NCBI GenBank assembly: GCA_964016885.1
Contig: OZ024744.1
Span: forward strand, 86,242,001 to 86,306,000
DNA: 64,000 nucleotides
Direction of reading: 5' to 3'
Origin: Eledone cirrhosa
Taxonomy: Eukaryota
The notes under the pieces are model-generated. The model was not told the origin of the DNA. It did not search any database and worked only from the letters and a program-made list of their open reading frames with translations. Each line of letters starts with the position of its first letter. Positions within the stretch are counted from its first letter, which is position 1. The position numbers were made by a program, and so were the translations under genes. This document shows positions 28,043 through 41,284 of this stretch, one piece after another.

Positions 28043-28260
28043 AATGGTTTCTCATATAGGCACAAGGCCAGCAATATTCGGGGTGGGGGGTTGATTAAAT
28101 TGACCCCAGTGCGTGACTGGTACTTTATTTTATCGACCCCGTAAGGATGAAAGGCAAAGTTAACCTCGGTGGGATTTGAACTCAGATCATAAATGACCGT
28201 AACTCTATATTGCATAGCATGGCCTCCGACTCTCAACCGATTCTGCCAATCCACCACCCT
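28043..28260 (-). mobile_element. SINE family 1 (long-tail variant)
   Basis: Family motifs present. Confidence 0.85.
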
Positions 28261-28455
28261 AACGTTTGTAAATAAAAATTGTGAAAGTCCGACTGGAGAC
28301 GGAAAATAATGGAGAGAGTTAAAAGATTTCATATATATATTAATAAAAGGAATTCCAACTTTGTCTGATTTACTCGTTTTATTTACAATCCTTTAAAATT
28401 TATAATGGTATTAGAATGAAATAGTATGGTAGAATATTAAATGTTAAGTGTTAAT

Positions 28456-28494
28456 TGAACAAGTACTTTCATGCCTTCGCAATCTTCAGGTTCA
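28456..28494 (-). ncRNA. Very compact type I hammerhead ribozyme
   Basis: Minus strand: TGAAC-CTGAAGA-TTGC-GAAG-GCAT-GAAA-GTACTT^GTTCA; downstream segment 28340-28452 recurs at 33273-33385. Confidence 0.68.
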
Positions 28495-28535
28495 TATTCA
28501 GTGGTGATAGTCAAGTTTGCAATTTTCAACAGTTG

Positions 28536-28597
<62 letters not shown>

Positions 28598-28754
28598 TTA
28601 TAAAAATAAAAGATTAAAGTTTAAGCAAAGAATCGCCGCTTAAACTTTAATCTGTTATTTTTATATATATTCTTATATATTTGATATACATTTATCCTTA
28701 TCGAATCCTCTTTGGATTTTAGTCTTCAAATATATTATTATTACTATATATATA

Positions 28755-28857
<103 letters not shown>

Positions 28858-28867
28858 TCTTATGATA

Positions 28868-28979
28868 TATAGCTCTGATTATTTAATTTATTAACTTTTC
28901 ATTGAGCCACAAAGTGACCCGTTGCAAAACACGTATATGTATGTATGTATGTATATATATATATATATATGTAAACTTT

Positions 28980-29057
<78 letters not shown>

Positions 29058-29163
29058 TTTACATATATATATATATATACATACATACATACATATACGT
29101 GTTTTGCAACGGGTCACTTTGTGGCTCAATGAAAAGTTAATAAATTAAATAATCAGAGCTATA
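28868..29163. repeat. Near-perfect inverted repeat with (TA)n centre
   Basis: Arms 28868-28985 and about 29050-29163 are reverse complements. Confidence 0.92.
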
Positions 29164-29309
29164 AATCTTAAAACATGTCTGTAGAATCACCAGATAAAAT
29201 GTATACCATTTCCTGTCCCAATTAGCATAATTAACTATATAAAAAATCGAATAGACCAGGCTATAAGAATAAGGCTTCTATGAAGAAATATATATATATA
29301 TATAGATAC

Positions 29310-29433
<124 letters not shown>

Positions 29434-29769
29434 TCATATGTATATATATATATATATATAATTTGGAGGGGTGGAAACAATTACACGCAGACAAAACCAC
29501 GTTTATAGTATAAATGAAGTCGTAGACTAAAATTCTATTTAGGAAACCGAATAATTCTCGGCTTCAGAGTTAAGAATAAAGTAAATAAAATAGAGGTAAT
29601 TGAAATCAACAATAATTAAATTTTATATGCACGCATCCATATACATACATACACATGCATACGCGAAAGCACCCGCCATATATTATGTATATATATATCC
29701 AGCTAACCTCAGTCTCCTCTGTGTCACTTTTGAGCTGACTTTTGAGAGGCTCCCATACAGCTGTGAGTT

Positions 29770-30106
29770 TTTCATCCTCAGTGTATACTGATTAATGTTC
29801 AGAGCCATCCTCAGCATTCTCGTGTAGCACCCATCCACTATCTGAGTGAGTTTCTTGGTCAGTGTCCAAGTCTCAGATTGAGGTTAGCTGGACATGCTCA
29901 CCGACATCCAGAGTTCACATTGCACTCAGTGCTCCTGTGGGAGCCCCTACATGGACACACTGGAAGAGGAAGACCAAGGTTAACGTATGTTGATGCCCTA
30001 AGGACAGACACTGGTCTGTTGGAGGCGCAGGACACTGCAGCGATAATGAGGGACAGAGACCGCTGGAGAGAACTCGTCCATGGATCTCGGGAATTTTACC
30101 CGCCCT

Positions 30107-30108
<2 letters not shown>
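29770..30108 (+). mobile_element. 3' end of an RTE/RTE-X-like LINE
   Basis: RLAGHAHRH..LLWEPLHGHTGRGRPRLTYVDAL..DRDRWR. Confidence 0.75.
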
Positions 30109-30145
<37 letters not shown>

Positions 30146-31088
30146 CATACATATATATATATATATGCATACATACATGCATACATACATATATATATCA
30201 TATATATATATTATGTATATATATACACACAAACACACACACACCTATATACATATAGATATATATACATTTATATATGTAGAGGGTGTTTGTGTGTTTG
30301 TGTGTGTGTGTGCGCTCGCACATATATTCACACAAGCTTGCTTTCAATCCTCGGTCGTATTATATGAACACTTATCTTCAGATTCTAAGCTTCCTGCTGT
30401 TTCTTTCGATAGCAATTCCCTTTCTTTTCTTCTTCTTCTTTTACTATTTCCTTAAAGCTTTGTAAAACATCACCAAACATCCCCGAACATAACCGAATCC
30501 ATTTTGTCTTCATACCAGGTTAATCTGTTGACCAGTGGGATTCATAGTCAACTTAGATCTTTAATTATTGTTTACACTTTATTTCACGCCGCCTGTCGTT
30601 CTTTCTTCGAGGTATAGCAGATTGTTAAAAGAATAATGCAATTTCGCAAGCAACGCTGTTAGCTTTTCCTAAAAATATATCCGAAACAGTGTATACAGTA
30701 TCACAGGATATTGCCAAGAAAACACCTAGATTTCTGTATTACTCCTGCAATCGTTAGAAAATGAAGCAAGCTTGTGCTAATACGTAAACAACACAAGGCG
30801 AAGAATTTCAACTTTGATGCATGTTCCAAATCAAGAATGGTCACGTTTCGCACACAAGTAGAAAATGTCTTGCAGCATTTGTTACTACAGCAGCCTGTAA
30901 TATCTACACAGTGAGATAATTTGATCAGAGTCTCTGCTCTATTGAAGTAAAGTAAAATAGAATAAAAATCAAACATAGCTTGAGACCCTTAAGGAATCGT
31001 AGAAAATCAAACAGAATTTTCTTCTCTTAATATACATCTCTCACTATAAAGCAGCAAGCGAATATCTGCTGCTACTATTGCTGCTAAT

Positions 31089-31497
31089 AATTGTTTCTAC
31101 GTTTGGCACAAGGCCAGCTATTACCCAGTTCATTACTGGTACTTTATTTTATTGACCCGGTAAGGATGAAAGGCAAAGTTAACCTCGACGGGATTTGAAC
31201 TCAGACCGTAAAGGGACGTAACTATGCTGGAAAGCATGGCGTCTGACCCTCTACCGATACTGCCAATTCACTGCTAATAATGGTTTCTCATATAGGCACA
31301 AAGCCAGCATTTTTGCGGGAGTGGAAAGTCGATTAAATCGATCCAAGTGCGTGACTGGTACTTTATTTTATCATCCTCGTAAGGTTGAAAGGCAAAGTTA
31401 ACCTCGTCGGGAGTTTAACTCAGATCGTAAAGGGACGTAACTCTATGCTGCAAAGCATGGCATCGAACCCTCTACCAATACTACCAATCCACGCCCT
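31089..31497 (-). mobile_element. Two tandem SINE family 1 copies
   Basis: Copies at 31089-31270 (TSD CTGCTAATAAT) and 31280-31497. Confidence 0.87.
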
Positions 31498-31779
31498 ACT
31501 ATTGCTGCTAATGATGGCGCTATTGCTATGCCTGTCACTGCAACAGAGGCAATATTTCAAAGATATCATTATTTTAGTTTCATAATATTTTCTTCTATTT
31601 TCGATTCTCATTGTTTCCTTTTTGTTTACAAAAGAAATAAAACGTGAATAAAATGTTCTAACTTTAGCATTAGGCTATTATATAAGCAGAGAAATATATC
31701 ATTATAAGAAGACATAATAGGATAAAAACTATACTCAATTCTCAAAGTAGTGCTGCATTGAATATTTAAGAGTCTTTTG

Positions 31780-32115
31780 TTATGAAAACGGAAAAGGAAG
31801 GGAAACGTAAGGACTCTAAGGTCACAGAAAAATAGAGAGGGGGGGAAAGTGGAAGGTGATGGGCTCTAGGCGGCGGTATTGGGGCTGCGCCTTGCGAACA
31901 AGACCGTAGAAACATTCCGGTGGACAATAGCCAGCGATACCCGCTGCATCTATCACCCAATTTCGCGGGGCTCCTTTCTCGGACGGGCTGCTGGCATTCC
32001 GATCTTGTGGAGGAGGTCGGCAGTACGGGGTCTAAGTGCGCCTGAGGTTTCGACGGTGATCGGTACGAACAGAAAGTGGCCGGACAATTGTTTTTAGACA
32101 GTTTGGGAAACTGAG
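31780..32115 (-). mobile_element. 3' end of a CRE-clade retrotransposon
   Basis: Minus-strand translation FVPITVETSGAL..LLHKIG..EPRE..QRVSLAIVHRN, homologous to 53380-53560. Confidence 0.75.
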
Positions 32116-32178
32116 GATAAAACAAAACTATATACAGCGTATCAGTCTCATTATATGGTTATACTCACAGACACACAC

Positions 32179-32275
<97 letters not shown>

Positions 32276-32388
32276 AGATAGAGAAAAATAAACCCCCTCG
32301 ACTTACAAATATATATTCGTACTAGCGTAGCCATGTTCGTTGACGGACATAAACGGACAATGTATTTGTGTATGAATAAGAAAGTTAA

Positions 32389-32475
<87 letters not shown>

Positions 32476-32917
32476 TAAGTGTATATTAAGACACATCAAA
32501 CTTAAACTAATGTTTAGGATTACATAATTCGTAATCTTACATTCATTACAGAATATAAGATTATATAATTCGTTGATTACCTTATCAAAATTTAACAAAA
32601 AATTCACTATATCTCGCTCATACGTATTCCCACAGAATCTGAATACATTTCACCAGATAACGGCGAAGTTTGATATTTTGAGTAGGATCATTAGTGAGGA
32701 ACTTATCCTGTCTTTTGTTGCTACCCAGTGTGTACTAGAATGATAAGTATAAACCTAAATACAGCGAAACTCTGGTGATTTCAACAGATTGACTGAAGAG
32801 ATGGGACTGTCTGTTCCTCTGTTATCAATATGCTGTGCGCTCATCTCGGTTTTGGAATATATATATATATATATATATATGAAAAAGTGGCTTGCTGCGT
32901 TGTTGCGAGTGTGATAC

Positions 32918-33054
32918 ATATGAATGAAAAATAGAGCAAGAAACGGGACTGTCCATTATCAGTGATCCTCTGACTATCATCTATATTTCTTAATATCGAT
33001 GATAGTCAGAAGATCACTGATGATGGACAGTCCCGTTTCTCGCTCTATTTTTCA

Positions 33055-33061
<7 letters not shown>
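32918..33061. repeat. Inverted repeat (about 64-bp arms) next to (TA)n
   Basis: GAAACGGGACTGTCCAT.ATCAGTGATC..CTGACTATCATC and its reverse complement. Confidence 0.9.
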
Positions 33062-33122
<61 letters not shown>

Positions 33123-33149
33123 TAATATATGTATAAAAATATATATATG

Positions 33150-33276
<127 letters not shown>

Positions 33277-33641
33277 TAAAAGGAATTCTAACTTTGTCTG
33301 ATTTACTCGTTTTATTTACAATCCTTTAAAATGTATAATGGTATTAGAATGAAATAGTATGGTACAATATTAAATGTTAAGTGTTATGGTCCATCTGGTT
33401 ATGGTACATCTGGTTCCTTACCACATTTCCTTCGTTATATATATGTATATATTGTATCTGTATTATTTTTGACCGTTGGTCAGTCAAAGGCAACATTGAG
33501 GACCGAATAAATTAGACTACCGATATAAAAGACACAGAAGCGAAAAGCGAAAACCAATCAAACAGTGAGTGTGTTCTGTTATTAATTCTGGCAATATTAC
33601 ACAAATATGACCCTCCCAAGTATAACAATATATATATATAT

Positions 33642-34360
33642 TCAGTGTGTTTGGCCTTTAACGTTTGTTATAGCTCTGATTCATCTGAATCATTGAGCAC
33701 TTGCCTCACACCTCGGAGGTTGTTTTTCGTTATTTCGTGGGCCGAAATGCGAATCTCGATAATTTATGTTTGTATTTATCTCCAGTCTCTAGCTATTGAC
33801 CAGTTAATTTTCTTGATTTTTTAGTTGATTCTATTGACTGATGAATAGCTTATGTTAATTTTAACTCTTCTGTTGAGAACTCTATTCGATTTGTGATGTT
33901 TTTGCATTCTTGCAAAAATATACACAACTGAATTTATTCGCCTGATATAGGGGTTGCCTCCCTTGCCGATCCCCACGTGGAGTCAGCAATAGTCAGTCCT
34001 TGTATTAACATTGAACTAAAACCTGTTGAGAAAGTGGCTTCCTTGTTCAATCATCTTACCAGAAGCCTGACATTTTTTATGTAAGCGGACGGTACTTGAT
34101 TTAGGAACCGCAGAAACCCAAATACTGAATTTTACCAACCTTCCAGGGGTCCGGGTAAATTTTCAATACCCGAATTACTTGATCGTTTTTTTTTGGCTAT
34201 GCGAATGATTGTTTAACCATCGTCTCAGTGTGTTTGGCCTTTAACGTTTGTTATAGCTCTGGTTTATCTGAATCATTGAGCACTTGCCTCACATCTCGGA
34301 GGTTGTTTTTCGTTATTTCGTGGGCCGAAATGGGAATCTCGATAATTTATGTTTGTTTAC
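33642..34360. mobile_element. Non-coding element with about 130-bp direct terminal repeats (583-bp period)
   Basis: 33642-33773 matches 34225-34356; (TA)n flanks. Confidence 0.65.
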
Positions 34361-34377
34361 ATATATATATACATATA

Positions 34378-34590
34378 TATAACGAAGGAAATGTGGTAAG
34401 GAACCAGATGGACCATAACGCACCAAAGTACTCAATACTTAGGGTAGTAGAGTGGGTAATAGGAACAAGTATGACACCGACGGCAGAGCTCAAGCCATTT
34501 CGACGGCTAATTTTGGAAAATTCTTATTTAGTCCAGAATTAGCCATAGAAACGGCGTGAGCTCTGCCGTCGGGTTCATATTTGTTCCTAT
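34378..34590. mobile_element. Fold-back PLE terminus (family of 11525-11640)
   Basis: Inverted arms ATAGGAACAA.TATGA..CCGACGGCAGAGCTCA.GCC.TTTC around the HHR stem II hairpin. Confidence 0.8.
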
Positions 34591-34658
34591 ACATATATAT
34601 ATATATATTATAGATTATGATATATATGTATGTATATATATATACACACACACACACA

Positions 34659-34730
<72 letters not shown>

Positions 34731-35160
34731 AATATAGATATATACACACACACACACACATATATATGTATATATATCATATATTAAAGCAGATGCGTAT
34801 GTATTGTAGATCACTGGTCCCGCTGGAAAAAAGAATGGTAACAATTTATATGTGGGAGACAGAGAGAAAGAAAAGGGGGAGAGAGAGAGAGGGGGGAAGC
34901 GAGAGAGAGAATAGGAGAGGGAAATGAGTGAGAGAGAGCTCGATGATTGTAATTTCTGCAATCAAGAAAACAAATCCTTATAGAAAGGGAGTGGTAATGT
35001 AATGTGTGCAAATTTTTTTCATCTCTGACAATTATATTTTAGTGAATAATATATATCTTATGAATAATACATTTAAAATGTCATGTTGATCTTCATTACT
35101 TGATGGTCATTTCTGATTAAGCCGTGGAATTTTCACAGGTCAGTTAGTAGTATATAAATC

Positions 35161-35680
35161 AATTGTTTCTATTTTCGGCACAAGGCCAGCAGTTATCACC
35201 AGTGCATTACTGGTACTTTATTTTATCAACCCCGTAAGGATGAAAAGGAAAAGGCAGGATTTGAACTCAGACCGTAAAGGGCCGTAACTCTTTGCTGGAA
35301 AGCATGGCGTCTGACCTTCTACCGATACTGCCAGTAATACTCGATAGCTAGACTGTTTTAAGCATAATTGTTTCTACTTTAGGCACAAGGCCAGCAATCA
35401 CCCAGGACATTACTGGTACTTTATTTTATCGACCCCGTAAGGATGAAAGGCAAAGTCAACCTCGGCGGGATTTGAACTCAGATCGTAAAGGGACGTAACT
35501 ATGCTGTAAAGCATGGCGTCCGACCCTCCACCGATACTGCCAATCAACCGCCCTGTTTTAAACATAGTTGTTTCTACGTTAGGCACAAGGCCAGCAATAC
35601 CCAGTGTATTACTGGTACTTTATTGTATCGACCCAGTAAGGATGAAAGGCAAAGTTAACCTCAGCGGGATTTGAACTCTG
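35161..35680 (-). mobile_element. Cluster of three SINE family 1 copies
   Basis: Copies at 35161-35335, 35367-35553 and 35567-35680; TSD-like CTGTTTTAA.CATA around the middle copy. Confidence 0.87.
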
Positions 35681-36134
35681 CAAGCTGGTAGTACTCTTGC
35701 TAAGGGGAAGAACAATTCTGGGACTGTGAGTGCGTGAGAATGTTATATGTGTTTGTATTTATGTAAATGCTTATGTATTCAGTATGAGATATAACTATAT
35801 TCCATAGGTTAGAAAACGGATGGACGAAGAACAATTCCTGGAAGGTTCACGAAACGCCTTAAACGAAACGATACACCGCAACTTGAACGACACGCTGAAA
35901 CACAAATTGACACACCAACTGTCAATCGATACAGTTATCATCATCGTCATTCGACTGAATAACAGACAGCCATAATTTGTCTCCAACTATTGCAGCTTTG
36001 ATAATCAGTTGTTATTCCGTAGATGGCAATTAGTTCTGTCCATTGAAGGGATTTGAATACCCTAGGCGAAATATGAGCTGAGAACAGTTACTCCAAGACA
36101 TCTCGTCTAACATTTCTGCCAATCCTCAGCCAAA

Positions 36135-36932
36135 GACTGGTACTTTATTTTATGGAGGCCACATAAATGACAGGCAAAGTTGACCTTCGTAAAGATTTGA
36201 GCTCAGTGCACAGAGATCCAGAACCTTTACAGAAGGTAACATTTTTTGCGCTCTCTATAACAAAACAGCTATTTCGCCACTGTCACACACACTAGCACGA
36301 AGGTTTGGTTGCACATGATATAACAATATAATTGTTTCTACTTTTAGGCACAAGGCTAGCAATTATCCCAGTACATTACTGGTACTTTATTTTATCAACC
36401 CTGTAAGGATGAAAGGCAAAGTTAACCTCGGCGCGATTTGAACTCATATCATAAACGGCCGTAACTCTATGCTGCAAACCATGGCGTCCGACACTCTTCT
36501 GATACTGCCAATCCACTGCGCTAACTATCTAACATGATCTAACTATATAATTGTTTCTACTTTTGGCACAAGGCCAGCAATTATCCCAGTACATTACTGG
36601 TACTTTATTTTATCGACCCCGTAAGGATGCAAGGCAAAGTTAACCTCGGCGGGATTTGAAATCAGACTGTAAAGGGACGTGACTGTGCTGCAAAGCATGG
36701 CGTCCGACCCTCTACCGATACTGCCAATCCACCGCCCTCAATTATTGTTTCTACTTTTGACACGAGGCCAGCAATAACCCAGTACATTACTGGTACTTTA
36801 TTTCATCAACCCCGTAAGGATGAAAGGCAAAGTTAACCTCGGCGTGATTTGAACTCAAATCGTAAAGGGCCTTAACTCTTTGCGTCAAAGCATGGCATCC
36901 GACCCTCTACTGATACTGCCAATCCACCGCCC
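36135..36932 (-). mobile_element. Cluster of four SINE family 1 copies (one old)
   Basis: Copies at 36135-36280, 36330-36522, 36550-36737 and 36745-36932; TSD CTAACTATATAAT around the last pair. Confidence 0.87.
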
Positions 36933-37168
36933 TAACTATATAATGGCAACTGTTTACTTATAAAAAAAGGTAATTCAATACGAAACGCTGAATTTTATCT
37001 TCGAGGTTTGCCATGATTTTAGCTGTGGATACTTGTTGAATCACGTGAAGTTATAATTAAAGTAAGCCACCACTATTACAGTACTGCACAACTTTCCGAG
37101 ACGGGACAGCTGTAACACTACATTACACCACACAGTCACACAGTCACACACACACACACGCACGCACA

Positions 37169-37299
<131 letters not shown>

Positions 37300-37716
37300 T
37301 TATATATAAGAAAGCGCGTGGTCTAGTGGACGTATGATCATAGCATTGTGGGTTCAATTCCTTGACTGGGTTGTATGTTGTGCTCTTGAGCAAAACACTT
37401 CATTTCACATTGCTCCAGTATACTCAGCTGAAAATGGCTACCAGCAATAGCTGGGAGTTTAAACCTGCGATTGACTGGCGTCCTCTTCAGGGAGCTGGGA
37501 TAGTATTGTATTCTCAGTTGCTTAACGCCATAGAAACTGGGAAAAGTACCGACCAAGTGAACCTCAGAGTTTGAGACAGACTTTAGAGACTTATATATTA
37601 TTAGGCTAATTTATCCAGTCAAAAATACAACAGAGCACTATTTCACTATCTAATTTCAAATAATCCGCTGTTTGTAAACAAAAGTTAACAGCTTTTTATC
37701 TTTATATACATATATA

Positions 37717-37982
37717 TATTAAAATATAAGTATTTATAAAATAGATTTTCTTTTGATCAATTACATTTTATTATACATATTTCGGATGTACAACAGTACG
37801 TCCTCATCAGACAAAATATAATGATACTACCTTGATTAAATCTTAACCATTTAACATCTCAGAGTATGTCATGTATCATTATATTTTGTCTGATGAGGAC
37901 GTACTGTTGTACATCCGAAATATGTATAATAAAATGTAATTGATCAAAGGAACATCTATTTTATAAATACTTATATTTTAAT
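37717..37982. mobile_element. Fold-back element with an HHR in each arm
   Basis: About 110-bp inverted arms; HHRs at 37760-37822 (-) and 37878-37940 (+). Confidence 0.85.
37878..37940 (+). ncRNA. Type I hammerhead ribozyme
   Basis: ATTATATTTTGT-CTGATGA-GGACGTAC-TGTT-GTACATCC-GAAA-TATGTATA^ATAAAATGTAAT (12-bp stem I). Confidence 0.82.
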
Positions 37983-38403
37983 ATTAATAACTCCAGAAAA
38001 TTATTTTTACCGTTGAGTGCTTCCAATCTACTGTAAAATTAATTCTTTGACATAATCATTGAATATTGTCTAACAATTTAATATATATATATATAAGGGA
38101 TAACAAAATACCGTTAAGGGTAATCCAGTTAGAGGTTGTGAATACTTCGTATTATGGATAGTTTTAGCGTACGGCGTTGTTCGACTCAAAAGGGGTTTAC
38201 GTAGGTGGCGAGTTTATGATTTCGCTTGTATTCCTATGTAAGTTTATCTTGGAGTAATAATATTGAAAAAGTGAAGAATGATATGGTCAACAGTACAAAT
38301 AAGGGTTTTATTTACAGTCTGACAATTGTTTCACTGATAAAGTTGTCTAAAAATTGCTGAACACTTGAAGCAGTGCCATTCAATTTTGCATACGTATAAA
38401 TAA

Positions 38404-38495
<92 letters not shown>

Positions 38496-39961
38496 TTATA
38501 AATATATATACATAAATATATATAAATTCTTCTTTTCCCCACCTTAAAGGTGGTTTGTATCGTGATGACTGTCTTCTTCTTTCCACTAATCTTAGTCTAA
38601 GATATTGAAAAAAATAAAAAAACTTATTAGAACTTTCCTCAAAGACTATTACAATCTCATTATTACATTTGAAAACACCAGTAAAATAGATATAACTTCT
38701 AGATATAACTTTAGACTTATCTACGGGTATCTACCAACCTTACCATAAACCTAAACAAAACTTACATTACATACACTCACAATCCAATCACCCTATAACT
38801 ATCCTTAAAAACCTAGCATATAGTATCTCACTCAGAATCTCTAACCTTTCAACTAACCAGGATGTATTCTATAAAAACCCGCCCTTTTATAACGAAGCTT
38901 TAGCTAGAAGCGGCCACAAAAACAAATTAGTCTATATAGCTTGCATCAAAAATACTTCAAACATACAACCCAATATTACAAACAAACACCAAATGAAAAC
39001 CCCACACCTAAATGCTACTTACACTACACCCAACAATACCAACCTAAAACTTAATTTCTCTACCTCTTCTCACACAAAATATAATGACTTTCAAAGAACC
39101 ATTCATCCTAATACTCCAATATACGTTAACAACATTACTAACAACATTCCTAGTAATCAGACTAAAACACCTAAATCAGTTAATCTAACTAAACCTATAT
39201 ATAATAAATTCACTAATTGTAACTCTCTTAGTAAACATCCTGATACATCGTAGAAATATAAAAAACAATATCGAAACCGTAATTGACGGGTTACTTGGCA
39301 TAATGCTCCATTTAATCTACAAATTAAAGATAATATCCCTAAAATAAATTTTGCTATCCTAGAGAAAAACTTCCCGCCAAACCATAAATACCATCAAATT
39401 TTAAATAGATCAACTGTCAAATTTTCCTACTCCACTACCAAAAATATACAACGAAATATAAGTGCGTACAACGCATATAAATGTAAAAAAAAACACGAAT
39501 ATACCACCAACACATCAAACCAACCATAATACTAAAATAAACCCCAACAAACCACCATCTCCTTCACATATAACAAGTCGAGTAAACTCCACACCAAATT
39601 TGATTAACTCCCCTGATATAATATTCACGAATGGTTGTAACTGTAGAAACAAAAGTAATTTCCCATTAAAGGGAAATTGTCTTATTAATAACATAGTCTA
39701 TAAATGTAAAATTAGCACTAAGGACTCCACTTATTCATATATATGAGCTACGTCTAACCAATTTAGAGTAAGATTTAATACTCACAAACATAGTTTTTAA
39801 AATGCCGCATTAGCTAATACAAAATTCTTGGCTGAAGCAATTAATAATTATAGAAAAAAGAATATCGATTACAACCTGACCTGGAGTGTGTTCAAAAGGG
39901 CGACCCCTGATCAAAATAACAGATATGAGTGTAGATTATGTTCCCAGGAACTTTTTGAAAT

Positions 39962-40277
39962 AATTGTTTCTACTTTAGGCACAAGGCCTGCAATTACCCA
40001 GCACATTACTGGTACTTTATTTTATCTACCCCGTAAGGATGAAAAGCAAAGTTAATCTCGGCGGGATTTGAACTCAGACTTTTTGAAATAATTGTTTCTA
40101 CTTTAGGCACAAGGCCAGCAATTACCCAGTGCATTACTGGTACTTTATTTTATCGACCCCGTAAGGATGAAAGGCAAAGTCAACCTCGGTGGGATTTGAA
40201 CTCAGATCGTAAAGGGACGTAACTATGCTGGAAAGCATGGCGTCCGACTCTCTACCGATACTGCCAATCCACCGCCT
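39962..40277 (-). mobile_element. Two stacked SINE family 1 copies inside the PLE
   Basis: Target ACTTTTTGAAATAAT occurs three times (about 39950, 40078, 40281). Confidence 0.9.
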
Positions 40278-41081
40278 CAGACTTTTTGAAATAATGAAAT
40301 CTAAGGTTATCCTATTAAATAAGCGACAAGAATTAATTATATCTTGCAATCATAGAATTAGAAGAACCTTCAAATATTATAAACCTAATTAATATACACC
40401 TTACACTTATATTTTACATATTATTATAATTAGTTTTTTTAATTTAGTTAACCTATAATTAGTACTTTACTACAGAGAAATTCATAATTTTATTTCCCTC
40501 TTACAGCTCTCTTTTCCTAAAATTAATACCTAAAAGTATACATATAAATTAATTTAATTTCCTGTTATGAATCTAGATTCCTTGTAGTTTATATAAGATT
40601 GGTATTTCTCACTACTACCGTTATCCCAAAATTTTATTTTCCTTCGTTTTTAACAACATTCTTTAATAACATCTAATTCTTATTTATCACATCCATATGA
40701 AGTAATATAAATTTATCCCTATACGTATACCTATCAATTAATTTAATTTCTTGTTATAGATCTAGATTCCTTATGGTTTAAATAAGATTGGTATTTCTCA
40801 CTTACCCTAAAATTTTACTTTCCTTCGTCTTTAATAACATCAAATTTTCGTGTACCTTTCACCGGCTTGACCTCTTTTCATCCCCAAAGTATTCTTTTCC
40901 TTCAAAGTATTCTTTCCATTCAAAACATAAGTCTGCACCCCTCTCCCCCTAAATTAAATTTCAACTACTACTATTCTATCAACTTGACCACTTACTACTT
41001 TTCTATTGGTCAATTCAAAACCTGTTCCCAAACAGACCTATTATATGAAACCTTTGTTGTTTTTTTTTCAATAAACAAATC

Positions 41082-41219
41082 TCATCATTTCTGAAGACAG
41101 CATATATATGTGAAGGTATGTATATTTCCTCTGATAGTTTGTAATATTTTTACATAGATCTATATGATATACATACCAACACACACATATATATCCTAGA
41201 AACGATCGTAAAATGATGA
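41082..41219 (+). ncRNA. Type I hammerhead ribozyme with about 100-nt extended stem II
   Basis: TCATCATTT-CTGAAGA-[ATATATGTG..GGTATGTATAT / ATATACATACC..CACATATAT]-GAAA-CGATCGTA^AAATGATGA. Confidence 0.75.
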
Positions 41220-41284
41220 ATTTTTTTAATATAAGGAACTTGTTCTTTGTTTTTATTCATTGTTTTTATTAATTTATATATATA

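Larger units (their letters stand above)
38525..41270 (+). mobile_element. 5'-truncated, decayed Penelope-like element (Naiad-like) with nested SINEs
   Basis: [67 protein letters not shown]; 3' UTR ends in an HHR. Confidence 0.9.

Noticed and set aside
30430-30990. Possible very old minus-strand LINE 3' fragment
   Set aside because: Only faint motif similarity; cannot be supported by eye.
35161-36932. CRISPR-like or tRNA gene arrays
   Set aside because: Units are 180-bp SINEs with A/B boxes and TSDs, with no regular spacers, cas genes or complete cloverleaf.
38318-38385. Minus-strand GAAACAATTGTC HHR half; similar degenerate motif at 46348-46380
   Set aside because: The 5' core is missing or degenerate, so these were not counted as ribozymes.
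39280-39750. TGA codons in the PLE as selenocysteine (reported for some Naiads)
   Set aside because: The TGAs fall at probable Arg and Gly (YIG) positions rather than Cys, in a copy with other stops and frameshifts.
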